This document shows, one piece after another, positions 1-9,474 of a stretch of 12,757 bases of DNA. The notes under the pieces were generated by a model. That model did not search any database, was not told the origin of the DNA, and saw only the letters and a list, made by a program, of their open reading frames with translations. The position numbers and the translations under genes were made by a program. The stretch lies in NCBI RefSeq assembly GCF_006345805.1, contig NW_021826479.1, positions 1-12,757 of the forward strand, in the 5' to 3' direction. How positions within the stretch are numbered: position 1 is the stretch's first letter; each line of letters opens with the position of its first letter. The DNA is from Octopus sinensis. Its lineage: Eukaryota.

Positions 1-153
1 CTGGCAGAAACTAGGAGATTTAATCCATCGCCGGGTTATACACCAGCAGCTGGTCATTGACTGACTTTTTTAGAGTCCACTCTGTAGCAAGTTTTCAAGC
101 CAAGCCTCTGGGCTGAGAATAATTTTCTCCGCCAGCCCTACACTCTCATCAGT

Positions 154-534
154 GTGGAGGCGCAATGGCCCAGTGGTTATGGCAGCGGACTCGCGGTCAT
201 AGGGTCGCGGTTTCGATTCCCAGACCGGGCGTTGTGAGTGTTTATTGAGCGAAAACACCTAAAGCTCCACGAGGCTCCGGCAGGGATGGTGGTGATCGCT
301 GCTGTACTCTTTCACCACCACAACTTTCTCTCACTCTTACTTCCTGTTTCGTTGTACCTGTATTTCAAAGGGCCGGCCTTGTCACTCTCTGTGTCACGCT
401 GATATCCCCGAGAACTACGTTAAGGGTACACGTCTGTGGAGTGCTCAGCCACTTACACGTTAATTTCACGAGCAGGCTGTTCCGTTGATTCGGATCAACC
501 GGAACCCTCGTCGTCGTAACCGACGGAGTGCTTC
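154..534 (+). mobile_element. Full-length tRNA-derived SINE, family A (probably tRNA-Arg-related, octopus OR-type), with 13-bp TSD
   Basis: Seen: Pol III A box TGGCCCAGTGG and B box GTTTCGATTCCC; exact direct repeat CACTCTCATCAGT at 141-153 and 535-547; near-identical inverted copy at 6633-7016. The family name is recalled, not verified. Confidence 0.9.
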
Positions 535-639
535 CACTCTCATCAGTCCTTGATACTCTGAAAAGGGTCATAAACGCTGCCCTTTCTTCTCTCTGACAAA
601 CCAATAGATAAATTGCATTTAGTTAGGTCCCTTTAAATT

Positions 640-790
640 CGAAGATCGAATCCCGCTGACATGGGTTTAAATTTTCATTTTTAGGAGATCAATTAAAAAG
701 GTTTCACTATCTTCAGAAATACGTGGTTTTCCACGAATTTTATTGTGATGCTCCCTTCATAAACGCCCCCGTGGCTAATAAAAGAAATCA
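640..790 (+). mobile_element. Highly decayed family C SINE remnant
   Basis: Patchy similarity by eye to family C: AATCCCGCTGA, TTTTCATTTTTAGGAGATCAATTAAAAAGGT, and a terminal CCCCGTGGCTAATAAAAGAAAT versus CCCCTTGTGGGTAATAAAGAAAT. Confidence 0.35.
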
Positions 791-807
791 TAATCATTGT
801 TATTATT

Positions 808-1195
808 AAGGTGGCGAGCTAGCAGAATCGTTAGCACGCCGGGCGAAATGCTTGGAGGTATTTATGTTCTGAGTTCAAATCCCGCCGAGGTTGACTTTGC
901 CTTTCATCCTTTCGGGGTCGATTAAATAAGTACCAGTTACGCACTGGGATCGATGTAATCGGCTTAATCCGTGTATCTGTCCTTGTTTGTCCTCTCTGTG
1001 TTTAGCCTCTTGTGGGTAGTAAAGAAATAGGTATTTCGTCTGCCGTTACGTTCTGAGTTCAAATTCCGCCGAGGTCGACTTTGCCTTTCATTCTTTCGGG
1101 GTCGATAAATTAAGTACCAGTTACGTACTGGGCTAGATCTAATCGACTGGCTATCTCTCCCCAAATTTCGGGCCTTGTGCCTAGAGCAGAAAAGG
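808..1195 (+). mobile_element. Family C SINE, dimeric form (head-body-tailX / body-tailY)
   Basis: Head GGCGAGCTAGCAGAATCGTTAGCAC, B box GAGTTCAAATCCC, body GCCTTTCATCCTTTCGGGGTCGAT. The body restarts at ~1030 (GGTATTTCGTCTGCC) and ends in a different tail. Confidence 0.85.
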
Positions 1196-1212
1196 TTATT
1201 TCTATATTGTGT

Positions 1213-1610
1213 AAGGCGGTGAGCTGGCAGAAAAGTTAGCACACCGGGCGAAATGCTTAGCGGTATTTCGTCTGCCGTTACGTTGTGTGTTCAAATTCCG
1301 CCGAGGTCGACTTTGCCTTTCATCCTTTCAGAGACGATAAATTAAAAGTACATTACGCACTGGGGTCGATGTAATCGACTTAATACCTATGTCTGTCCTT
1401 GTTGTGTCCCCTCTGTGTTTAGCCCCTTGGTGGTAATAAGAAAAGTATTTCGTCTGCCGTTAAGTTGTGAGTTCAAATTCCGCCGAGGTCGACTTTGCCT
1501 TTCATCCTTTCAGGGTCGATAAATTAAGTACCAGTTATGTACTGGGGTAGATCTAATCGACTGGCTCCCTTCCCAAAAATTTCGAGCCTTGTGCTTAGAG
1601 TAGAATAGAA
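1213..1610 (+). mobile_element. Family C SINE, second dimeric copy
   Basis: Same architecture as 808-1195. The body restarts at ~1445 and ends with tailY (GATCTAATCGACTGGCT...CCTTGTGCTTAGAGTAGAA). Confidence 0.85.
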
Positions 1611-1774
1611 TGGCAGATATAATATATCATTTGACACTGGTTGTTAGGATTTGTGCATTTATGACCTTGCACGAAATCAAAGAATCCTTTATTATCTCCT
1701 ACTACAACTCTGACTTCCGATTTTAACTATAATGACCTACATTGTGTTTATGAAGATCTATATGTGTCAGTTAT

Positions 1775-2001
1775 GTGAAGAGTTATGCATTTGCCTCACG
1801 ATCGTAAGATTCTCAGTTCGATTCTCGGCGACGCGTTGTATCCTTGAGCGAGACACTTCATTTCACGTTGCTCCAGTCCGCTCAGCTGGCAAAAATGAGT
1901 AGAACCTGTATTTCAAAGGCCCAGCCTTGTCACATTCTGTGTCACACTGAATCTCCCTAGAAGCTAGCTAAGGGTACACGTGTCTGTGGAGTGCTCAGCC
2001 A

Positions 2002-2003
<2 letters not shown>
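1775..2003 (+). mobile_element. Diverged chimeric SINE: family B-like head/core with family A tail
   Basis: B box GTTCGATTC at ~1816. Core CCTTGAGCGAGACACTTCATTTCACGTTGCTCCAGTCCGCTCAGCTG matches the reverse complement of 5297-5345. The tail ACCTGTATTTCAAAGG...GTGCTCAGCCACT matches 356-453. Confidence 0.75.
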
Positions 2004-2468
<465 letters not shown>

Positions 2469-2915
2469 AAGTCAAATATTTCGCGCACGAGCATACACAA
2501 AGAACCAACCACCCTACCCACCCACCCACGCCACACTTCTCATGGCGCCACATTCACACCTAACTCAAATTAAAACTCTTTGCCTTATCTTTGTTTCTGC
2601 AAAAACTGCAACACCAAGGAATTCTTTCCCCCATCCTCTTCTTTCCCTTCCAGCCAGCAAACTGCGTTCATCGCATCCTGTTTCCGCCTTGCTTTTCCAG
2701 TTTAGGAAAAGACCAAACTATTATTGTCGTTGCAGCGTTTTGCTGCTCATTAAACTAACCAATAAAAATGCACATTCGCAACGCTTCTCTCTGTCTTTAG
2801 ATGTTTATATATGTTCGTTATATGTTCGTCTTCGTTTTTATGTTCAGTTATAATAAAAAAAAATACATTCTCATATTAATCTGAGAGATTTACTCTAGGC
2901 TTTTGTAGAGTACAA

Positions 2916-2961
2916 GTTTCGGCCAGTTTAAGCCGACGATGGCTTAACTGGCCGAAACGTC
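2916..2961 (+). other. Palindromic remnant with degenerate minimal type I hammerhead motif (Penelope-like element pLTR fragment)
   Basis: Inverted arms GTTTCGGCCAGTTTAAGCC (2916-2934) and GGCTTAACTGGCCGAAAC (2941-2958). Motif CCGACGA-T-GGCT..GGCC-GAAACGTC versus consensus CUGANGA-stemII-GAAA-CG-UC. Confidence 0.5.
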
Positions 2962-2984
2962 GAAGTCACTGTCAACAACATTCA

Positions 2985-3027
2985 CGCACACACGCACAAC
3001 CACACACATATATATATATGCACACAT

Positions 3028-3069
<42 letters not shown>

Positions 3070-3356
3070 TATATATATATACATACATACATACATATAT
3101 ATATATATGTATACACATACACACACATACATATATATATATGTATATGTATATATATGTATATATATGTATATATATGTATATTTCTTTATTGCCCACA
3201 AGGGGCTAAAAATAGAGAGGACAAACAAGGACAGACAAAGGGATTAAGTCGATTACATCGACCCCAGTGCGAAACTGGTACTTTTATTTATCGACCCCGA
3301 AAGGATGAAAGGCAAAGTCGACCTTATATATATATATATATATTATATATATATAC

Positions 3357-3388
<32 letters not shown>

Positions 3389-3490
3389 CACACGCATATA
3401 TACATATATATATACACATACACACACATATATACATGCATATATGTACATACTTACACATGCACACACACACATACATATGTGTGTTTA
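2985..3490. repeat. Mixed (CA)/(TA)/(TACA) microsatellite field interrupted by a SINE fragment
   Basis: Read directly; low-complexity tracts at ~2985-3181 and ~3325-3490. Confidence 0.95.
3182..3324 (-). mobile_element. 5'-truncated family C SINE (body 3' part plus tailX)
   Basis: Nearly identical to 4048-4189 and to the reverse complement of the array units; lacks head and B box. Confidence 0.88.
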
Positions 3491-3759
3491 GAAACATATG
3501 AGTAGCAGATGTAAATTGTCAATCTGCGGTAGCTATGAGAATGCTATCTGCACACTTTTACCTCTTCAGGCTCTGTCACCAGCATTGTACCCATCACTGG
3601 CAGCCGCATGCTAAGACAAAATCCGCCGCTACTCACAGAGAAAAAGTAATTGAAAAATCACAAGCGTTGCGATTAGCAACGTACTTCCATAAGTGACATC
3701 ATCCCCGGACATATACCGCAGTTAATTAGCCTTTTGCGATGTATCTGCGTTAAGTAGGA

Positions 3760-3935
3760 TATGCTTAACGGCATTCCGTCCGTTTTTACATTATGTGTTC
3801 AAATTCCGCCGAGGTTGACTTTGCTTTCCACCCTTTCGGGATCGATAAAATAAGAACCAGTTGAGCACTTGGATCGATGTAATCGACTTAGCCTCTTCCC
3901 GAACTTGCTGACCTGGTACCAAAAATTTAAACTAA
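3760..3935 (+). mobile_element. Diverged family C SINE with a third tail variant
   Basis: ATGCTTAACGGCATTCCGTC...GTTCAAATTCCGCCGAGGTTGACTTTGC...GATCGATGTAATCGACTTA followed by a tail unlike tailX. Confidence 0.8.
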
Positions 3936-4047
3936 TATCAATCCTCATTCAACTTCCTTCTCTGTCTCTGTCTCTTCCTCTCTCTGTTCCGCTAGTTTCA
4001 TTTACAACAAAAATTCTTGTACTTCAAATTGAGAGAAGTTCCATACC

Positions 4048-4282
4048 TATTTCTTTACTACCCACAAGGGGCTAAACACAGAGGGGACAAACAAGGACAG
4101 ACAAACGGATTAAGTCGATTACATCGACCCCAGTGCGTAACTGGTACTTATTTAATCGACCCCGAAAGGATGAAAGGCAAAGTCAACCTTGGCGGAATTT
4201 GAACTCAGAACGTAGCAGCAGACGAAATACTTCTAAGCATTTCGCCCGGCGTGCTAACGTTTCTGCCAGCTCGCCGCCTAGT
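4048..4282 (-). mobile_element. Monomeric full-length family C SINE with 14-bp TSD (1 mismatch)
   Basis: Complete head-body-tailX on the minus strand, flanked by AGAAGTTCCATACC (4034-4047) and AGAAGTTCTATACC (4283-4296). Confidence 0.9.
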
Positions 4283-4496
4283 AGAAGTTCTATACCATAA
4301 CCTAATAAATCTAGAGGTTATCTGGGTTAATCTGTGTCAGCATCATAATTAATATGTAGCCAAGACACGAACAGCAAGAAGACGATGGTCCTCCGGCCAC
4401 GATTGTGTAAGAACTCGAGAATCTTGAGATATTCCTCAATAATCAAATGCCAAGGGATCAATAATCGGTCGATATTTCACCAGTAGTGCTGCTCTG

Positions 4497-4808
4497 TTTT
4501 TTTATATTTTTTTATTTATGCGCCCTTTTCAAGCCTAGCCAGGCTCATGGGCCCCGGTTTCCCGGTTTCTGTGGCGTATGTGTTCCCCCCAGCTGGACGG
4601 GACGCCAGTCCATCGCAGCATTACTCAAGAAACAGGAAGAAAGAGTGAGAGAAAGTTGGGGTGAAAGAGTACAACAGGGGTCGCCGGAGCTTCGTGGAGC
4701 TTTAGGTGTTTTTGCTCAATAAACATACACAACGCCCGGTCTGGGAATCGAAACCGCGATCCTCCGACCGCGAGTCTGCTGCCCTAACCACTAGGCCATT
4801 GCGCCACT
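4497..4808 (-). mobile_element. SINE with family A head/centre and an alternative tail (A'), A-rich 3' end
   Basis: ~4628-4806 aligns with 6822-7016, whereas 4516-4627 is unrelated to the family A tail. The T-rich tract 4497-4518 is the A-rich tail on the minus strand. Confidence 0.85.
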
Positions 4809-5088
4809 ATGGATATGCTCAATACATTTAGCTCCTCAATGAATCAACCACAAATGGGTATCACCAGGAAGTACAGTTTACTACAGTAAGTGGCGGAAGC
4901 ATTGTGGAAAGGACGAATGCTCCTCCGTCGATTTTCTAGTGATTAGGTCAAATGTTTTTATAATAATTACAGCACGTTTCATCGTCATTGATGGAGCGGT
5001 TATTCAGATGGTCGAGAGACGAAATTAAATACTTGTGAAATATTTAAGCTCGTCGTCGGGCGTTCCTGTTAAGTTAATTCTAACAAGT

Positions 5089-5433
5089 CTGAGACTGCCT
5101 TCGGTCACGACACTGACCATAGGATTGCACCTAGAAAGTTACCCTCCCAGGCACAGGTCTGGGCAAGGTTGTTTATGGAAGACCAGCAGTCGTCCATGCA
5201 TACCGGCCTCCCCTCTTCACGCTACCAGTGTTATCTAAGGGAAAGGCAAAGGGGGCCGATACAGCTTGGCACCTATAACGTCGCAATTCATTTCTACAGC
5301 TGAGTGAACTGGAGCAGTGTGAAATAAAGTGTCTCGCTCAAGGACACAACACGCAGCCCGGTCCAGGATTCGAACTCACAACCTCATGATCATAAGCTCG
5401 ACGCTCTAACCACTGAGCCATGCGGCTTCACAC
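5089..5433 (-). mobile_element. Full-length family B tRNA-derived SINE with 13-bp TSD (1 mismatch)
   Basis: Minus-strand A box TGGCTCAGTGG and B box GAGTTCGAATCC; flanked by AATTCTAACAAGT (5076-5088) and AATTCTAACGAGT (5434-5446); second copy at 11405-11723. Confidence 0.9.
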
Positions 5434-5469
5434 AATTCTAACGAGTATAATAAATAATTATTAAAGATA

Positions 5470-5888
5470 TACTCTTTTACTCTTTTACTAGTTTCAGTCA
5501 TTTGACTGTGGCCATGCTGGAGCACCGCCTTTAATCGAGCAACTCGACTCCGGGACTTATTCTTTTGTAAGCCCAGTGCTTATTCTATTGGCCTCTTTTG
5601 CCGAACCGCTAAGTGACGGGGACGTAAACACACCAGCATCGGTTGTCAAGCAATGCTAGGGGGACAAACACAGACACACAAACATATACACACACACACT
5701 TATATATATATATATACATATATACGACAGGCTTCTTTCAGTTTCCGTCTACCAAATCCACTCACAAGGCATTGGTCGGAGGGGCTATAGCAGAAGACAC
5801 TTGCCCAAGATGCCACGCAGTGGGACTGAACCCGGAACCATGTGGTTGGTTAGCAAGCTACTTACCACACAGCCACTCCTGCGCCTAT
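5470..5888 (-). mobile_element. Full-length family D SINE (CORE-like central motif, internal TA/TG microsatellite)
   Basis: Reverse complement of 6075-6519; A box TGGCTGTGTGG, B box GGTTCAGTCCC; short tandem (GTAAAAGA)n tail. Confidence 0.9.
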
Positions 5889-5926
5889 GTTTGCTTTATC
5901 AATATGAATACAGTAATCCCTCGCCA

Positions 5927-5978
5927 TATCGCGGTTCCCCTATCGCGGTTCCCCTATCGCGGTTCACCTTTCGCGGTT
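5927..5978 (+). repeat. 14-bp tandem repeat TATCGCGGTTCCCC x ~3.7 within the MITE left end
   Basis: Units start at 5927, 5941, 5955 and 5969. Confidence 0.9.
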
Positions 5979-6074
5979 TATTATTTAAACTTACGTCGAT
6001 TATTCTGTGGTGTTCTTTTGTATTTATAATAAAATAAATAAACACAAATTATAAAAATATAAAAAAATATATAC

Positions 6075-6519
6075 ATAGGCACAGGAGTGGCTGTGTGGTA
6101 AGTAGCTTGCTTACTTACCAACCACATTGTTCTGGGTTCAGTCCCACTGCGTGGCACCTTGGGCAAGTGTCTTCTACTATTGCCTCGGGCTGACCAAAGC
6201 CTTGTGAGTGGATTTGGTAGACAGAAACTGAAAGAAGCCTTTCGTATATATGTATATATGTATATGTATATATATGTGTGTGTATATGTTTGTGTGTCTG
6301 TGTTTGTCCCCCCCCCCCCGAAACATCGCTTGACAACCGATGCTGGTGTGTTTACGTCCCCGTAACTTAGAGGCTCGGCAAAAAGAGACCGATAGAATAA
6401 GTGCTAGGCTTACAAAGAATAAGTCCTGGAGTCGATTTGCTCGATCGACTAAAAGGCGGTGCTCCAGCATGACCGCAGTCAAATGACTGAAACAAGTAAA
6501 AGAGAGAGAGTAAAGAGTA
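6075..6519 (+). mobile_element. Full-length family D SINE nested in the MITE
   Basis: A/B boxes; CACCTTGGGCAAGTGTCTT resembles the CORE-SINE (MIR-type) core; internal microsatellite ~6245-6300; tail GTAAAAGAGAGAGAGTAAAGAGTA. Confidence 0.9.
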
Positions 6520-6632
6520 CAATACTGTTTCTACTTCGCGAATTTTCACCTATCGCGGGTCATGTGGAACGTAATACCCGCGATTTTCGAAGTATAACTG
6601 AACTTCTGTTTACTGATTTCTTACATAGCATT

Positions 6633-7016
6633 TGGAAGCACTCCGTCGGTTACGACGATGAGGGTTGCGGTTGATCCGAATCAACGGAACAGCCTGCTCG
6701 TGAAATTAACGTGCAAGTGGCTGAGCACTCCACAGACATGTGTACCCTTAACGTAGTTCTCGGGGATATTCAGCGTGACACAGAGAGTGACAAGGCCGGC
6801 CCTTTGAAATACAGGTACAACAGAAACAGGAAGTAAGAGTGAGAGAAAGTTGTGGTGAAAGAGTACAGCAGGGATCACCACCATCCCCTGCCGGAGCCTC
6901 GTGGAGGTTTTAGGTGTTTTCGCTCAATAAACACTCACAACGCCCGGTCTGGGAATCGAAACCGCGATCCTACGACCGCGAGTCCGCTGCCCTAACCACT
7001 GGGCCATTGCGCCTCC
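6633..7016 (-). mobile_element. Full-length family A SINE
   Basis: The reverse complement aligns end to end with 156-536 with only scattered substitutions and small indels; no TSD seen. Confidence 0.9.
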
Positions 7017-7296
7017 CAAAGGTAAGGTAAAAGGAAAATGAAATAAGTTTGGGATGTCCATGCTTTGCTCAAGAACACCAGTTAAGAGAGTGATGGCAAA
7101 ATTGAAACTACGTTGCCGGCTTATTTCGTTATTGTCTCCTACACCGTAGTCACAACCTAGAAATAACTTTGCACTCTTAACTTCCCGAAATAGATGTCCC
7201 CTTTTAGGGTTGTGGAACTCCTCCTTATACCCCGGATGCTGTTTGTTAAGGAATACCGGAAGTTGAACTAAGAAAATACCAAACAGAAACAGAAAT

Positions 7297-7344
<48 letters not shown>

Positions 7345-7350
7345 ATATAA
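7297..7350. repeat. (TA)n microsatellite, imperfect
   Basis: Read directly. Confidence 0.9.
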
Positions 7351-7400
7351 ACACATTATAGAACCAATGTCTTTCTTTCTCTACATACAAGCATATCTGT

Positions 7401-7944
7401 ATCGATATACACATATATATGTGCACATGTGTGTATATGATATGCATATATATGTATATGTACAAATCTGTATGTATGAATATATATACATACATACATA
7501 CATACATACATACATACATACATACATCGATATACACATTTATATGTGCACATGTGTGTATATGATATGCATATATATGTATATGTACAAATCTGTATGT
7601 ATGAGTATATATATATACATACATACATACTTAAATGCATACATACATACATACATCGATATACACATATATATGTGCACATGTGTGTATATGATATGCA
7701 TATATATGTATATGTACAAATCTGTATGTATGAGTATTTATATATACATACATACATACATACATACTTAAATGCATGCATACATACATACATACTTAAA
7801 TGCATGCATACATACATACATACTTAAATGCATACATACATACATACATACTTAAATGCATACATACCTACATACATACTTAAATGCATACATACATACA
7901 TACATACGCACACACACACATACATACATACATACATACATACA

Positions 7945-7980
<36 letters not shown>

Positions 7981-8030
7981 CATACATACATACTTAAATG
8001 CATATATACATACATACATACATATATCCA
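7401..8030. repeat. Higher-order minisatellite (3 x ~125-130 bp) grading into (TACA)n with TACTTAAATGCA spacers
   Basis: ATCGATATACACAT...GTACAAATCTGTATGTATGA units start at 7401, 7526 and 7655. TACTTAAATGCA recurs repeatedly from ~7628 to ~8002. Confidence 0.93.
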
Positions 8031-8387
8031 TACATGATGTTGCCACTTCTTGTCCCACGGTTCCACCAGTTGCAGTCACGAGTTTAACCAGGGTGGGAGT
8101 AAAGACAAACATAAACATCTAATCCCTGGTACTGCCACTACGAGAGGTAGATAGAATAAGGTAAGGAGAAACAGAGAAATCTCCTCTTCAAGGTGACATA
8201 GACGGCTGGAGGCTGCGAGAAGCAGTTCCATGCCAATTTTGTGTGGCGTTTAAGAGAACTCGGAGAAAGATGGGAAACTTGAGGGCATTGAAAAACGGAT
8301 AGGTAGAGACAAAAGATAAAAGAAGAGCCCAGACTAAAAGACGGGTACTAGGTTAGAAGTTCCTCATGAAGTGCTCAACCTGCCAAC

Positions 8388-9474
8388 GGCGAGCTGGCAG
8401 AAACGTTAGCACGTCGGGCGAAAAGCTTAACGGTATTTCGTCTGCCGTTACGTTCTGAGTTCAAATTCCGCCGAGGTCGACTTTGCCTTTCATCCTTTCG
8501 GGGTCGATAAATTAAGTACCAGTTACGCACTGGGGTCGATGTAATCGACTTAATCCGTGTGTCTGTCCTTGTTTGTACCCTCTGTGTTTAGCCCCTTGTG
8601 GGTAGTAAAGAAATAGGTATTTCGTCTGCCGCTACATTCTGAGTTCAAAATACGCCGAGGTCGACCATGCCTTTCATCCTTTCGGATAGCGGCGAGTTGG
8701 CAGACACGTTAGCACGTCGGGCGAAAAGCTTAACGGTATTTCGTCTGCCGCTACGTTCTGAGTTCAAATTCCGCCGAGATCGACTTTGCCTTTCATCCTT
8801 TCGGGGTCGATTAAATAAGTACCAGTTACGCACTGGGGTCGATATAATCGACTTAATCCGTTTGACTGTCCTTCTTTGTCCCCTCTGTGTTTAGCCCCTT
8901 GTGGGTAGTAAAGAAATAGGTATTTCGTCTGCCGTTACGTTCTGTGTTCAAATTTCGCCGAGGTCGACTTTGCCTTTCATCCTTTCGGGGTCGATAAATT
9001 AACTACCAGTTATGCACTGGGGTCGATGTAATCGACTTAATCCCTTTGTCTGTCCTTGTTTGTCCCCTCTGTGTTTAGCCCCTTGTGGGTAATAAAGAAA
9101 TAGAAATATGTATTTCGTCTGCCGTTACGTTCTGAGTTCAAAATACGCCGAGGTCGACTTTGCCTTTCACCCTTTCGGGGTCGATAAATTAAGGACCAGT
9201 TACGCACTGGGGTCGATGTAATCGACTTAATACCTATGTCCGTCCTTGTTTGTCCCTTCTATGTTTAGCCCCTTGTGGGTAATAAAGAAATAGGTATTTC
9301 GTCTGCCGTTACGTTCTGTGTTCAAATTCCGCCGAGGTCGGCTTTGCCTTTCATCCTTTCGGGGTCGATAAATTAAGTACCAGTTAGGCACTGGGGTCGA
9401 TATAATCGACTTAATCCGTTTGTCTGTCCTTGTTTGTCCTTTCTATGTTTAGCCCCTTGCGAGCAATAAAGAAA
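8388..9474 (+). mobile_element. Tandem array of family C SINE units (two heads, five full and one partial ~184-bp body-tail units)
   Basis: Heads at 8388 and 8691. Unit starts (GGTATTTCGTCTGCC) at 8432, 8616 (partial), 8735, 8919, 9109 and 9293. Confidence 0.93.

Larger units (their letters stand above)
5911..6600. mobile_element. Non-autonomous Tc1/mariner pogo/Tigger-type MITE interrupted by a SINE
   Basis: Left end TA|CAGTAATCCCTCGCCATATCGCGG. Right end CCGCGATTTTCGAAGTATAACTG|AA (reverse complement CAGTTATACTTCGAAAATCGCGG). The CACCT(A/T)TCGCGG motif occurs on both sides of the SINE. CAGT termini and a TA target are typical of pogo/Tigger. Confidence 0.7.

Noticed and set aside
136-153. 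CTGATGAG on the minus strand (within the TSD; also at 539-546), resembling a hammerhead core
   Set aside because: In the reconstructed empty site I could not build helix III with an NUH cleavage site or helix I around the downstream GAAA motifs.
156-230. tRNA-like sequences at SINE heads (also 4740-4806, 5360-5430, 6080-6145, 6945-7016, 11660-11723)
   Set aside because: A/B boxes are present, but there is no complete cloverleaf or acceptor stem and each continues into a repeated SINE body; they are not tRNA genes.
5005-5031. CAGATG-GTC-GAGA-GAC-GAAA, similar to a hammerhead stem II with GNRA loop
   Set aside because: The core deviates from CUGANGA at two positions and no helix I pairing was found; likely chance.
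5927-5978. Short regular repeats suggestive of CRISPR or iterons
   Set aside because: There are no spacers or cas genes, the context is eukaryotic, and the repeats are explained as MITE subterminal motifs.
5643-6884. Cluster of 60-128 aa ORFs
   Set aside because: They lie within SINE/MITE sequence on both strands and contain no recognisable domains.
7268-8122. Overlapping ORFs up to 153 aa
   Set aside because: These are translations of (TACA)n-based repeats.
8432-8630. Possible hammerhead in the array unit (minus strand GACGAAATACCTATTTC)
   Set aside because: GAAA and a short palindrome are present, but there is no CUGANGA box on either strand, so I do not call it a retrozyme.
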